In this document: positions 23,201 to 33,876 of the stretch, in pieces
Numbering within the stretch: the stretch's first letter is position 1
Layout of the letters: every line of letters begins with the position of its first letter
Assembly (NCBI GenBank): GCA_001724265.1
Contig: MEDY01000014.1
Coordinates: forward strand, 62,001-126,000
Origin: Rhizaria sp. SCN 62-66
Taxonomy: Eukaryota
DNA: 64,000 nucleotides
Direction of reading: 5' to 3'
The notes under the pieces: generated by a model
What the model was told of the DNA's origin: nothing
What the model saw: only the letters and a program-made list of their open reading frames with translations
The model's database searches: none
Position numbers and translations under genes: made by a program

Positions 23201-25718
23201 GCGTGCTCAGGATTCCGCGCGCGAGACCGCGCATGACGCAGCTGAGACTGCAGCCGAGTTTGCGACGGCGACGGCGGCCGCGACTGGTGCGGTGGGGGGA
23301 CGGCGCGCGTCGCAGGTCCCGCTGCCGCCGTCGCCCGTGGCGGGGCTGCGGACCGCGCCGGGCACCGCAGCGCCCTCTCGTCGTGGCACAGCTACAGCTG
23401 CTATTGTCGGCGCTGAGGCTGGCGCAGCAAGTGCGATGGGTGAGCCTGCTGCTGCTGAGCATGCGAGCGCGGTTCGTGAGAACGCAGATATCTCTGTTCA
23501 TGTTGCTGCTGAAATCGACCACGCTCTGCCCGCTGCAGCAGTTGCAAACGACGACCACGCCGTCGCTGCCGCTGCGGCCGATCCCGAGCCAGATGCTGCT
23601 GCCCCGTCGTCGCGTCGCGCCACTGGCACTCTTGGCGGCGGCGCAGGCTCTCGCCCGTTGTCCCGCATGCAGCCGCACGCGCCCGCGGCCGACGCACCCG
23701 CCAGCACTGGCGGCGACACGCCCCGCGCCCTCGCACGCTCCGCCAGTATCAGCAGTAGCAATAACAGCGCTGCGCTGCCTCCTGTGGCACCCGCGCGCCG
23801 CGCGTCCACGTCCGATCCTCAGCATCTCGGCTTCGACTATGCCGTCGACGGCGGCGACACCGTGCCGCGCGCCGCCGTGGACGCGCTGCTGCGTGAGCAA
23901 CGGCTGGCACTGCTGGAGCAGGCCCCCGCGGCGCGGCTGCCTGGGCACACGCTCACGCTGCTCGAGAGCGAGGCGCGCGTCGCGGACCTGGAACGCGCCC
24001 TCGAGGCCGCGCGCACCGACTTGGAGGCCGCGGCGCGCGCGCGCGACACGGACGCGCTCGAGGCACGTGCGGTGGTCGAGTCCAACGCGCGCGAGGCGGC
24101 GCAGCTGCGCGACGCGCTGCGCGAGCTGGGCCGCGAAAAGCGCGCGTACAAGACGCTGCTGCGCGCGATGGCCGTACGCGCGCTGGTGAACCGTACGCGC
24201 ACGCGCAAGGCCGGGTTGCAGGCGCTGCGGCGCGCGCAGGCCGCGCAGGCGCGCGCGGCGGAGCTGGCGCACCTTCTGCGGTACCATCTTCCGCCGAATG
24301 CGCCGCTGGGCGCTGTGAAGCCCGCCGACGTGCGTGCACAGGCGCTCGCGGCGGCCGCAGACCCGCGCGCGCCGGCCTACACGGGGCTGGAGCTCGCGGA
24401 CGAGGAGCTGGGCGATCTGGAGCCAGTGCTTGCAGGGCTGGTTCCCGCGGCGGTGCAGAGTCAAAACACGATCAACGCGTTCTTCCGCCGCAACGTCACG
24501 CTCGCACGCGCGCTGGGCGCCGCGGGCAAGGGCGGCGCTGTCGCAGAGCCCACGCCGGGTCTGGCCGGACCGGGGGCGGCGCAGCGCGGTGGGCGGCCGC
24601 AGTCCCCGGGCTATGCGCAGCAGCTGCAGCATGGACAACACGCCGTCGCCCAACAACAGCAGCAGCAGCAGGGCCGGGGTCGGCCGACGACTGCGCATCC
24701 GATGTCGCAGGAGCGCGGGGCGCGTGCCGGCGGCAACGCTAGCAGTGTATCGCCTCAGCGCGGCGGCCCTCAACAGCAACAGCAGCAGCAGCAGTATCAG
24801 GGCGGAGCGAGGCACATGTCTCCGCACGCGCGTCTGAGTCAACAGCAGCAGCAGCAGCAGCAGCAGCAACAGGGTTTCTCTCCTCAGCGCCAGTTGCAGC
24901 AACGGCCTGCCAGTGCTTACAGCAGCACCGGCGGCCGGCCTGACGTCCCGCCTCTCCCGCTGCCGCTGCCCCAATACCAGCAGGGCCAGCAACCGCAGCA
25001 ACAGGGACAGGGGCAGTATGGCCCTCAGTCGCCAGGCCCGCGCACGCCCGCTCCTGCCGGTGGCTACAGTAGCTACAACAATAACAACGGCGCAGCTTAT
25101 GGCACTCCTGGTCCGCAGCAAGGTCAGTTAAACCAGAGCTTTGGCCCAAACAACAACGCTGGTGGCTTTGGCGGCAGTGGAACGTTCGATGGCTCGCAGA
25201 GCTACGGTTACGGCGACGGCAGTGCAAACGGCGGCTTTGACCACTTCCCTCAGTCGCACCAACACCAGCAGCATCAACTGCAGCAGTTTAACGGCCAGCA
25301 ACAGCAGCAGCAACAGCACCCTGGCCGCGAGCTGGTTGCCCGCGCCGACGCACTTCGCGCCCGGATCGAAGCGCTTGTCGGCGCGCCGCAGCCGCCCGCC
25401 GGCTACCCTGGTCACAACCAGCAACAGCAGCAGCACCAGGGCGGGAACTGGTCAGGGTATAACGCTGGCAATGCCAACGGGGGTGGGCGTCCCGGGTCAG
25501 CCGCGCCCGGCCGCATGGGGCGCTCGCAACAGTTGGCGCCGTCCCAGCAGCAACAGCAACAGCAGCAGCAGGGACAGCAGGGACAGGGTCATAGGCCGGT
25601 GAGTGCTCAGCAGCAGCCTCCGCAGCAGCAAAAGCAGCAGAGGCCGCCGTCTGCGAAGCCGTTGTCATTGGCGGGCCTCAAGCAGGCTAGCACCACTTCA
25701 AATAGCTGGTTGGTCTAA
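20208..25718 (+). CDS. 1836-aa mostly disordered protein with RPxSA and RRxS repeats, a coiled coil and a Q/G/N-rich tail
   Basis: Uninterrupted GC-rich ORF flanked by AT-rich DNA. Small acidic helical N-domain, A/P/T-rich linker, coiled coil (about 23950-24280), and poly-Q C-terminus. Confidence 0.85.
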   Translation: MSSDINDDGLYTGSFPEDVAFPAYLSPDQVSSLQQDLLDFIGSDTALFEDVTGEFDVSPAYVDAILKASGFDLDNARLVLKSLEDAGSRFTDFEALARAFIPVAARGGVSAFATASASAPHPPSSAAAAEPAVTAPEAELIVAAPAVEVATVVPAAGAEVAVVATVTNTAAAPAADTAATVASASASGSTSDATAAASSPPPPSKPAPAKPAPTKAAPTKAAPSKPAPAAPASISDALPVADTAPTDDVTATADDSARASEAIAAPTGAVKAATTEGEVVTATVVAATAPAVLTAETVTAAVVTLPSRAVSGAADATATDATAAAHTHADNDAEVAAAVAHTAVSAPAPDVVVTAAPVPHHGHGRDAVDFSAEHDGPGDGSSSSSISSSAERAGDRAAAAGTGASLSRPSSAKPPRPDSAKPKRPDSAKPQRTESASKLARPGSAKPARPESAAKTSRPGSAAAVHPSAAPAAATASATASASAEHAETATPVKPAPASRPGSAKAARPASASKSSSSSSGSSKETAAAAATPATATASKETDTAHSKTTASAKPSRNPSRAPSRTHSPAPAATAATATAHAAAPEHAAEPARGDSAPAAGGAAVAVAAGSSTTVEPEVAVAVLKSTATELHQPAVATVVAVHSAEAESEPAAAHHPAPAAAAGSTDSASSAPAAPSKPAPAKPAPGRPPLAPAKAAPTAPGTAAQAAPVAAASTAPPAAAPAAPAITESPATAAAAEPAFVHVTTAEPAVSARRASKSVPESESGKSTDDHKPAVEAHGNASSSRRGSQADLSGRRASAAAPTSAVAIGPAPAPAPASAPAPAPVPGPTAHVESMAESSLSPGRRESQSLLSDRRGSQSAKTDSAAAAAPDRRGSQSLPSERRGSQSVDAVAAVDRRGSQAAAAPYTDHQHHDSQPVVDTGRRGSQALAGTGDTAPSARRASQSAVAPAATVAQETSPQKDARRGSLTAGADSNASAVNAAANPRRGSAVAPILVPVRAQDSARETAHDAAETAAEFATATAAATGAVGGRRASQVPLPPSPVAGLRTAPGTAAPSRRGTATAAIVGAEAGAASAMGEPAAAEHASAVRENADISVHVAAEIDHALPAAAVANDDHAVAAAAADPEPDAAAPSSRRATGTLGGGAGSRPLSRMQPHAPAADAPASTGGDTPRALARSASISSSNNSAALPPVAPARRASTSDPQHLGFDYAVDGGDTVPRAAVDALLREQRLALLEQAPAARLPGHTLTLLESEARVADLERALEAARTDLEAAARARDTDALEARAVVESNAREAAQLRDALRELGREKRAYKTLLRAMAVRALVNRTRTRKAGLQALRRAQAAQARAAELAHLLRYHLPPNAPLGAVKPADVRAQALAAAADPRAPAYTGLELADEELGDLEPVLAGLVPAAVQSQNTINAFFRRNVTLARALGAAGKGGAVAEPTPGLAGPGAAQRGGRPQSPGYAQQLQHGQHAVAQQQQQQQGRGRPTTAHPMSQERGARAGGNASSVSPQRGGPQQQQQQQQYQGGARHMSPHARLSQQQQQQQQQQQGFSPQRQLQQRPASAYSSTGGRPDVPPLPLPLPQYQQGQQPQQQGQGQYGPQSPGPRTPAPAGGYSSYNNNNGAAYGTPGPQQGQLNQSFGPNNNAGGFGGSGTFDGSQSYGYGDGSANGGFDHFPQSHQHQQHQLQQFNGQQQQQQQHPGRELVARADALRARIEALVGAPQPPAGYPGHNQQQQQHQGGNWSGYNAGNANGGGRPGSAAPGRMGRSQQLAPSQQQQQQQQQGQQGQGHRPVSAQQQPPQQQKQQRPPSAKPLSLAGLKQASTTSNSWLV

Positions 25719-26541
25719 ATGCTGCTGCTTCGATGAAAGAACAAACGTGAACTAGTACTTCTGAAGACATTGCAGCGTGAATGTCGAGCAATGCAATGGA
25801 TTGATTTACAACAAGTTGAACGTCAGTATAGACGTTTTGTAGACTTAGAAAGAAATGAAACTTGAATAAAGCTTATTTTCCACGAAAAGGCTGAATGTGT
25901 ATGTATGAGTGATCAATTATTTGTTAACTAGTTAGGTCGATTTCTATTGCCGACTCGGAGGCTGTTGACTTAGGAGAGTTTAAAAATAGTTTGTGTTGCA
26001 ATGGAAATTCGTAAAATGAAGTCAAAAGTCAATATCAATAGTTCATCAACAGATCCATGGTCCAAATAATGCAGTTTGATCACATTTCCAACCTTGAGGT
26101 TGTATGTTAGTTGAATCAACGTATAAATTTACATGGCTAGGTTTATTATTCAATTTCGTTGAAAGATATTAACAAAGAATGCTGGTGTGGTATGTTTAGC
26201 AACTATAGCACGCGCACGCAAGAATGGCCCCGCAACTTGAGCAGGCATGACACCACTCAAATTATTATCACAAAACGCAGTCACAATCACAAAGAGATCA
26301 CTCAACCCCACGCATCATATCAACGTAAAAAAGAGTGCCCAACTGCGACTATAGTATCGCGCAATCGGGTCACAAAACATCGCTCCGCATTGCAGACTAG
26401 ACACAGTACCAAGTACTCGTGACAAGCAATGCATCGCGTAGTGCAGTTTACGTCATAAAACGACATGACATTGCAACTAAAAATGAAGCAGAATGTGCGA
26501 TTTGGGGTTCATAACAAACTGTCGACAGTGCATCAGCGCGC

Positions 26542-27178
26542 TCAGGCGGAGCCGTCATTGAGCTTGACATTCGCGGCCGCGGCGGCAGCCTTCTCGGCGC
26601 GCGCCTTCTCGATGTCCGCCGTGAGCGACGACGCCGTCTTGCTGGCGATGGCAACGAACTTGGGCGCCTTCTCCTTGACCTTGTCCTTGATCTGCGCGAA
26701 CAGCGGAAGGTAGTCCTGTGCATAGTTGTTGATGTCGCGGAGCAGCGTGCCAGAACGCGTCTCAATGGCCTCGTTGAGCTGCGCCTCGACGTACACGCGC
26801 ACCTCGTTGCTGAACCACTCGAGCAGCGTGTTGATGATCGACGACAGCCACGTGTCGGTGATCTTGACGTCGAGCGACGGCATCACCACGAACGGGTGTT
26901 TCCGCGACCGCAGCATCACGAGCACGTGGTCATACTTAAGGATCTCGTCCAGCGCGTCCTCCTCGGGCTCCGCGGGCACGGCGGTGCCGGCCTCGGTGTT
27001 AAGCTCGCCGTCCACGGCCGCGGCCGCGGCCGCGGCAGACTTGGCCTTCGCGTCGGCCGCAGCCTTGGCCTTGGCGGCGGCGGCCTCCTCCTTGGCGAGG
27101 CGCGCGGCCTCACGGCGGGAGGCGGTGACGGCGGCGGCGGCGGCAGCGTCTTCGTCGTCTTCGTAGTCCTCATCCTCA

Positions 27179-27211
<33 letters not shown>

Positions 27212-28724
27212 CCAGTGCCGCGCTCGTAGCGGTCAATCTGAGAGCAGAAAGCAGGCGCAATTTAAGATAGATACAGCGATGAAACGTGAGATTGGAGGAG
27301 TAAAAGGTAAAACAGTTCAATAATTCGCAACATTCCCAAGGGAAGCAATAAAAATATCTCAATAACCAAGTATCTCGTGAATCTGATAGCAAGGCACATA
27401 CCTGGAAGCCGATGTTGAGCGAGATGCCCTCGGCGAGCGCGTCGGCCTTGCCGGATGCGCCGATATAGGGGAACGACTTGGACTTGTAGCGCCACTCGAG
27501 CCCCTTCATGTCGCACTTGATGTTCTTGGCCGTGATACGGAGCCCATTGTCGGTGAGGATCACGTCAACGTCCTTGGACAGCAGCTTGAATCCCGAGAGA
27601 TCGATGTTGCCCATGTAGTAGATCTGTTTGTCGTCCTCCTCCTCGAGCGCGTCCAGCTTCACGGTCGGCAGATACTGCAGCAGGAAGTCCAGCGCAGCGT
27701 CCTTAACCTTGGTCACCAGCTCCTGGCGCGCCTCGGGGTCGTCCTTGAGCTTCTTAGCGTGGCTCACCAGCGCGTCGGGCCGCAGGTCGGCGTTGCCTTG
27801 GAGTTCACTGAGCACCTCGGTGCCCTTCTTGAGGAGATCGCGGCCCATGTCCGAGTCCTTGAACTTGGTCAGCGCCTCCTGGCCCTTAGCCGAGAGCTCA
27901 GCGAGCGTGTCCTCAGACCGCTGCTCGACATCCCCGCTGGCGAGCGCGCCGGTGGCGGCGGCGTGACGCTCTTGGATGAACTGCTTGCCCTGCGCCAGCC
28001 AGTCCTTGATCTCGGCGTCCTCCTCCAAGATCTGCGACACGTCCTTAGCCGCGGCCTCGAGCGTCGCGCGGTGCCGCGCCGCGTTGTCGAGGAACACGCT
28101 CGCGTCGCCAGAGTACTCGTTGACCAGGTCCAACAGCGAAGTGCCCTTGGTGGCGACCAGTGCGGAGACCTCGGAACCCAGGGAGGAGATCAGCGCCTGG
28201 CCCTCGGAGGAGCCGCCATAGGCGCGCCAGTCGGCGAGGATATCAGAGCCGACGCCGAGGAACTGCTTGGCCTCGCCCGAGGACACGACATCGTCCCACA
28301 GCTTCTGCGACTGCTCGAACAGGCCCTTGCCGTGGCGCTCGTACTTGTCGGCGACCGAGTCGGCGAACTTCTGCGCCTTTTCCAGCACCTGTGCGGCCTC
28401 CTCGCTCGTCTGCAGCTCCTTGGCGTAGGCCAGGAAGGACTCGGCGTCGGTGCGCAGTTGCGTGCCGCGGTCCGTGTCCTTAAACTTGTCCGCCAGACCG
28501 AGCATCAGCGCCGCCTTCTGTACGAGCACCGACGCCTGCTGGTCCTTGTTGGCCAGCTCAGTAAGCAGGGGCACCACGCCGTCGTGCGCGGAGCCCGAGA
28601 CGGAGAGGAGCTCGCGGATGGTGGCGACGGCCTTGTTCGTCTCGCTCGCGGCCTCAGGAGTAGCGGAGGCCACAGGAGCAGGGGAGGTGGCAGCCGCGGG
28701 GTCAGGCACAACAGGGTCACTCAT
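26542..28724 (-). CDS. Helical N-terminus plus HAM1/BPI(TULIP)-like C-terminal domain protein (exons 28724-27402, 27237-26542)
   Basis: A phase-0 GTATGT...CTCAG intron joins ORFs 26916..28724 and 26542..27015 (…IGFQ|IDRYE…). The segments 'YLPTVKL...YYMGNIDLSGF...WRYKSKSFPYIGASGKADA' and 'LDVKITDTWLSSIINTLLEWFSNEVR' resemble the BPI-like fold. Family call is tentative. Confidence 0.7.
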
Positions 28725-29386
28725 TGGGTCTTTTTTAGAAAGATGTAGAAAGAAAACGCATTATACAGGAATAGTGAGCAAGAATCAGACGCGATCAAGG
28801 CGAATTGAGGGAGTCGAATGAGGAAATCTAAGGGGCAGTGTGATAGCTGACGTGGAGAGGGATAACCTAATCTTAAAGCGTCATCAGATAGGTCAGGTCG
28901 GTGTGTCAGAGAATGGGGGAAAAAAATAACGTGAATCCGCACGTGTAGTAACTGGTGGTTCTATCGCAAACCCAATCCATGGTCAAGAAACCGACTGAGC
29001 CACGTCTTTGGAAACCGTGACGAATCTTATTTTTCGCCTCGATGCATCCCTGTGAGCTGTGTGTGGTTGCTAGCAACCGACCGACCAACTAACGACGAGC
29101 CGTTGAGGTCAGACAGGTCAAACAAACGACCGTTTAAAAGATAAACAAAAGTCTAATTTATGCATGTTTTCAGCGTCAACCAGTTGTTGCTTTGAAATGG
29201 TGAATGAAAGGTGTTGTACTCTCTTTTATATTTTCTTTTTTCATTGCGAGCGTGCGATTAGAACTCGAAATCTCCTGTGAAACATTTGCCCACTTGAACC
29301 TTGCCAAGGCCTCCAACCTCACACCTCTCTTTTTCCGCCCCGTTCGCGCCCTTCTTCTCCCCTGCTCTCTCGCCCCGCGCACAGCT

Positions 29387-31315
29387 ATGGAGTCCCCGTG
29401 GCCCGAGGAAGAGCCCGCGCCGCGCATGCGCCACACCGGCAGCGCTGGCGGCGCCGCTGCCCCGAACCCCGGCTTCTCGCCCACAAGCCACTACGGCCCC
29501 GCGGACCCGGACGAGATGGTCGTGGCGGGCCAGTACGCCGTCACCATGGGCCACAACGAGGACCCGACGCACGGCGCGCGCTCCTACGACGAGGATGGTC
29601 ACGACACGCCGGTCTACCGCGGCGATGCGGGCCCCAAGATGTCGGTCGACGCGCTCCGCCGCGAGACCCGTCTGGCCAACTACCTCCAGGAACACGCCAC
29701 GCCCATCCCCGAGCCCACGCCGGTGCCCGCGCCGTTCATCGTTCCGCCTCCGATGGTCCCCCAGCTTGACGCCGCGCCGCAGCCCATGCGCGCGCCCGCG
29801 CCGCTCCCCGCGCCCGCGCCCGCGCCCGTGACCTACTCCGGCGGCTCCTGCGGCTGCCTTAACTCGTACCGTGCCACCGTCATCGCGCTTATCCTCTTCG
29901 GCCTCGCGCTGCTCTTCTGCTTTATCTCTTTCTTCGGTCCCTGGTCCTACTCGAACCGCGTCGAGCTCGGCGCCTCGGGCATCACCACGTGGCGCTTCTC
30001 CTGGAAGTACGACTACTTCCTGTCCTACTATGAGAGCAAGGTCTCGGGCCAAGAGTTCACGTACCGCACCTCTTCCGACTGGCGCTCGCAGTGCCACAGC
30101 AACGGCACGTGGGCCGCCATTGTCTTCAACGTCTTCGCGCTCGTCCTTCTCATCCCTGTGTTTGTGCTGGCCCTCTTGGGCTACCGCAAGGACAACCGCA
30201 AGATGGTGCTCGCGAGCATGATCATGGCCTGGATCTGCTTCGTTTTCTTCTTCTTCTCCCTCGGCTTCTGGTTGCTCGGCTGCAACGACACGATCCGCCA
30301 CTACATCACCTCGGCGCGCTCCACCGACGCCTCGGCCATCACCAACACGGTCCGCCTCGCCTGGGGCTGGGGCCTGGTGCTGCTGGCGTGGTTCCTTACC
30401 CTCGCCGGCGCGATCCTGCAGACGATCCACTTCCGCGTCCTCTCCACGGGCTTCTCGGGCGCGTCCTACCTCGCCAAGCCCGTCTACGGGTCCGCGCAGC
30501 CCGTCGCGGGGGCCACGGGCGCCACGTATTATGGGCCCGGACTCGGCGACCTCCAGCAGCAGCAGGCGCTGGCCGCAGCCGCCGCCGCCAACGGCACTGC
30601 CTACAACGGCAACGTCAACGGCGCCCCCGCGATCGGCTACGACCCGGCACCCACCGCGGGCTTTGCTGCCCCGCCCCCGCAGCAGCGCGCGGGACCGATG
30701 GTCGGCGCCAACGGTCTCCCGCTGCCCGCCGCCGCGGTCGCGCAGATGCAGGCTCAGCAGCAGCAGCAAATGTACCAGCAGCAGCAGCTGCAGCGCATGC
30801 AGGGCTCGCCCTACGCCGCGGCCCCCGGCATGCAGCAGCAGCAACAGCCCGCGTTCGGTGCGACCCCGTCGCGCGGCCTGCCCCCGGGCGCCTACGCGTC
30901 CGCGCAGCGCCAGCAGCAGCAGACTCCCTCGCGCAACAGCTTCGCCGGCGACGGCGACGCGAACGGCGGCTATGACGCGGCCGCCGCGCTCGGCTACGGC
31001 GCCGGCATCGCCAACACGCCCCGCGGCAGCGTCTCCGGCTTCGACACCGGCGCCGGCGCTGGTTACGGCGGCTACGGCCAGGAGTCGCCGCACCACGTGT
31101 CCTACGGCCGCAGCGGCAGCGGGGGCGCGCCCGTGATGTTTCACGGCGGGTCGCCCTCGCAGTCGCGCATGCGCTCCGTCAACGGCGACGACGACTTGGA
31201 GCGCCAGTACCAGATGCAGCAGCGCCAGCAGCAGTTCCAGTACGGAACCGGCGCCGCGGCCGGCGGGCAACAGGGCGGCGTCGAGATGCAGCAATGGCGC
31301 GCCGCGCAGTATTGA
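29387..31315 (+). CDS. Four-TM claudin/PMP22-like membrane protein with Pro-rich N-terminus and Q/G/Y-rich C-tail
   Basis: Four hydrophobic helices (VIALILFGLALLFCFISFFGPW; WAAIVFNVFALVLLIPVFVLALLGY; LASMIMAWICFVFFFFSLGFWLLG; LAWGWGLVLLAWFLTLAGAIL), a large first loop, and 'GWG' before TM4. Confidence 0.75.
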   Translation: MESPWPEEEPAPRMRHTGSAGGAAAPNPGFSPTSHYGPADPDEMVVAGQYAVTMGHNEDPTHGARSYDEDGHDTPVYRGDAGPKMSVDALRRETRLANYLQEHATPIPEPTPVPAPFIVPPPMVPQLDAAPQPMRAPAPLPAPAPAPVTYSGGSCGCLNSYRATVIALILFGLALLFCFISFFGPWSYSNRVELGASGITTWRFSWKYDYFLSYYESKVSGQEFTYRTSSDWRSQCHSNGTWAAIVFNVFALVLLIPVFVLALLGYRKDNRKMVLASMIMAWICFVFFFFSLGFWLLGCNDTIRHYITSARSTDASAITNTVRLAWGWGLVLLAWFLTLAGAILQTIHFRVLSTGFSGASYLAKPVYGSAQPVAGATGATYYGPGLGDLQQQQALAAAAAANGTAYNGNVNGAPAIGYDPAPTAGFAAPPPQQRAGPMVGANGLPLPAAAVAQMQAQQQQQMYQQQQLQRMQGSPYAAAPGMQQQQQPAFGATPSRGLPPGAYASAQRQQQQTPSRNSFAGDGDANGGYDAAAALGYGAGIANTPRGSVSGFDTGAGAGYGGYGQESPHHVSYGRSGSGGAPVMFHGGSPSQSRMRSVNGDDDLERQYQMQQRQQQFQYGTGAAAGGQQGGVEMQQWRAAQY

Positions 31316-32239
31316 GCACTGAGTAGTGGCTGACCGCGGGCAATGACAACTGACTGTGAGTAGTGACTGTGGGCTGACTCGTCAGTCATCAGTCAACAAT
31401 GGACAACCAGCAAGTTCACGCTCTCACGACATACTCGTACAGGAGGGCCGGACAGGTCTGCTTCTCTTTGCTCTTGTTCTGACGGCATGGCTATCAGATG
31501 TTTTGTTCGTTTGATTTGTGTTCTGGTGTGTTTGTGTATATCTGCGATGTATTGCGCGCTTTCCAGGCGTTGCTGTGCTTTGTGGCCGCGACTGAGCTGC
31601 GGTTTGAGACTGCGCTCGTCTCGGTGGTTGCGACAACGGGCAATGAAGACGTGTAACTTAGGTGTTGCAACTCTTCGCACGGTTGGTTTTGCATTCAGCG
31701 TTTTGTAGTTTTGTTTAGAAACGAGCTGAAACGATATGTATAACAATAGTTACGTCTGAAATATAACAATAACAATAAATATATTAACCTTGACTCAACC
31801 CGAGTGGCATTATTCTCGTGTCACACAACGAAGCACGAATACTTAAGAAGGATCATCGAGATAACAAAGGATACAATCGTGTTGTGTATGTTGTGATTGT
31901 TTTCTAACGCACACAAAACGATATGAGACAAGACAGACTAAAAATAGCGAAGTAAAAAGAAAAAGTGCACTGAAGAACAACGACCCACTCACTCACGTAC
32001 AACTGATGCAAAACGAATGAAACGTACTATTAAGGGATAATATGTTTACAAAATGTTTACCAGAGGAAAACAACATCATCAAACAAAAACAAAAACGAAA
32101 CCGGCTGAACTAAAACGACATCTTTTAACGTTCAACAAAACACCAGATCACAGCGAAGCTCACAGTGACACTCACTCACACAGTACCTGTGCCGCAGCAA
32201 CACCGACCGACAGCAAGTCACAGCTCGCACGTGTTGCGC

Positions 32240-33437
32240 TTACTCCTGCTGCTGCTTCTCAGAGCACTGCGCGGCGCACTTGGCGGCGCACTCGACGAAG
32301 AACGCGTCGTTCTTGAGCTTGGCGAGATCCTCGGTATCGAGGGCCTCGGAGCCGACACGGACGTCGTTCTTGATAGCCGCGATGAGGGCATCGAGCGAGT
32401 CGTACTTGAGCATGGGGCGAATATGGCCACAAATCAACAGCTGCATCGTCGCACCGTAGAAGGTGCAGCCGTAGTCGTTGAAGATGTACGCCTCAACGGT
32501 GTCCTCCTGCAATGTGTCATATACAGTCAAGAATAAGAAAAAGACAAATGTGATGAGATTTGAGGGTATATAACACTGTTTATGAATATAGTTATAGAAC
32601 TTTATAGTGATTAACTTTGAGTTAAATGCTATGCATATAATATCATTTCGACGGTGCGATGTATATATAACCAAATCTAGCATGAAGTGAACTGGATCAA
32701 GCGCGTACCTGGGTGTCGAACTGGGGGGACGTGCCGAGCGAGATGAAGGCCTTGAAGACCTCGCTAGAAACGGTGGGGCGCTCGGGGGACGGGCAGATGC
32801 GCGCCCAGCCAAAGTACACGCCGCGGGGCACGTCTGTTGGGGCAGTGAGCGCAAAAGAGTGACGGCAAGGTGTGAAGCGACAAGTGCACGGAGCCAGAAA
32901 TGACAGTTATCGAAGTAGAACACGATATATGGGTTATTTAATGACGCAAACCAGTATTAAAAGTGTACATTACACGTAGAAGTCGTGGAATTTAGAATAT
33001 TTATCGTTTTTAGCTGTTGTTGCATAGAGTTAATTGCGTACCGGTGAGGCATGTCTTGAAGGCCTCGGGGTCGAGGTTGGCTGTGGGGTAGCCGAGCAGC
33101 GTGGAGCCGCGACCGAAGCCGTGCACGACGGCGCCCTTAAGGCGGTACACCTCGGTCGCCGTGAACGCGGGCTGTGGCGGCGAAGCAGTGGGGAATGAAG
33201 GGGTTGGGATAAGGGACGTGAGGACGGGGATTCGGGCCGAAGAGAGACGGGGGCGACGGGGAGGGGCGGGAATGCGGAGTGGAGATTCAGGATATGCATC
33301 GGCTGATGTAAATACACAGCATAACTGTGCAATACAGTAGTTTATATGCGATATATCTGTCATTGTGAAAATGGAAATGGCTAAGTTCGGAAACGTACGG
33401 CATTCTCGCAGGTGCTAGGGTGGGCAGGCTCGGACAT
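32240..33437 (-). CDS. RFK: Riboflavin kinase (exons 33437-33399, 33171-33042, 32833-32709, 32506-32240)
   Basis: Spliced product MSEPAHPSTCENA|PAFT...GAVVHGFGRGSTLLGYPTANL...|DVPRGVYFGWA...SLGTSPQFDTQ|EDTVEAYI...FYG...HIRPMLKYDSLDALIAAIKNDV. Three GTACG-AG introns keep the frame. Confidence 0.93.
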
Positions 33438-33876
33438 CTTATACAGTCGGAGAAGGACAAGTACAAACAGAGAGCATATGAGTTCGTATGCGGGTTCAAT
33501 TAATATGACGAATATTCAGCGTATACTTCTGTATAACATCAATGTTTCGCACTTGCTGTCGATCAGGTTCGAGAGAATAGCTCACTTTCTTTCCCGCCAT
33601 GCATCGTGCTGACTCACAACGGTTTTGTGGTCCGCAGCAATTCGCGAACATCTCGCCTGCCATGCACTTTCATATTAGTGCGGCCAATCAAAAATGCACT
33701 GCTTCGTTCGTGTTATTAGTGTAATTAGCACTCTCATTCTATCTTTCGCAACCCCTGTGCTGTTTTTCGCCCCGGCCAGTTATCTCTTCGCTCTCCACTC
33801 GGTTCCCGCCAGATCCAGTCAACTCCGCGCACCAGCCCCCTCGCCCGCGCCCCGCTGCCCGCGCCTCTCTGCCCGC

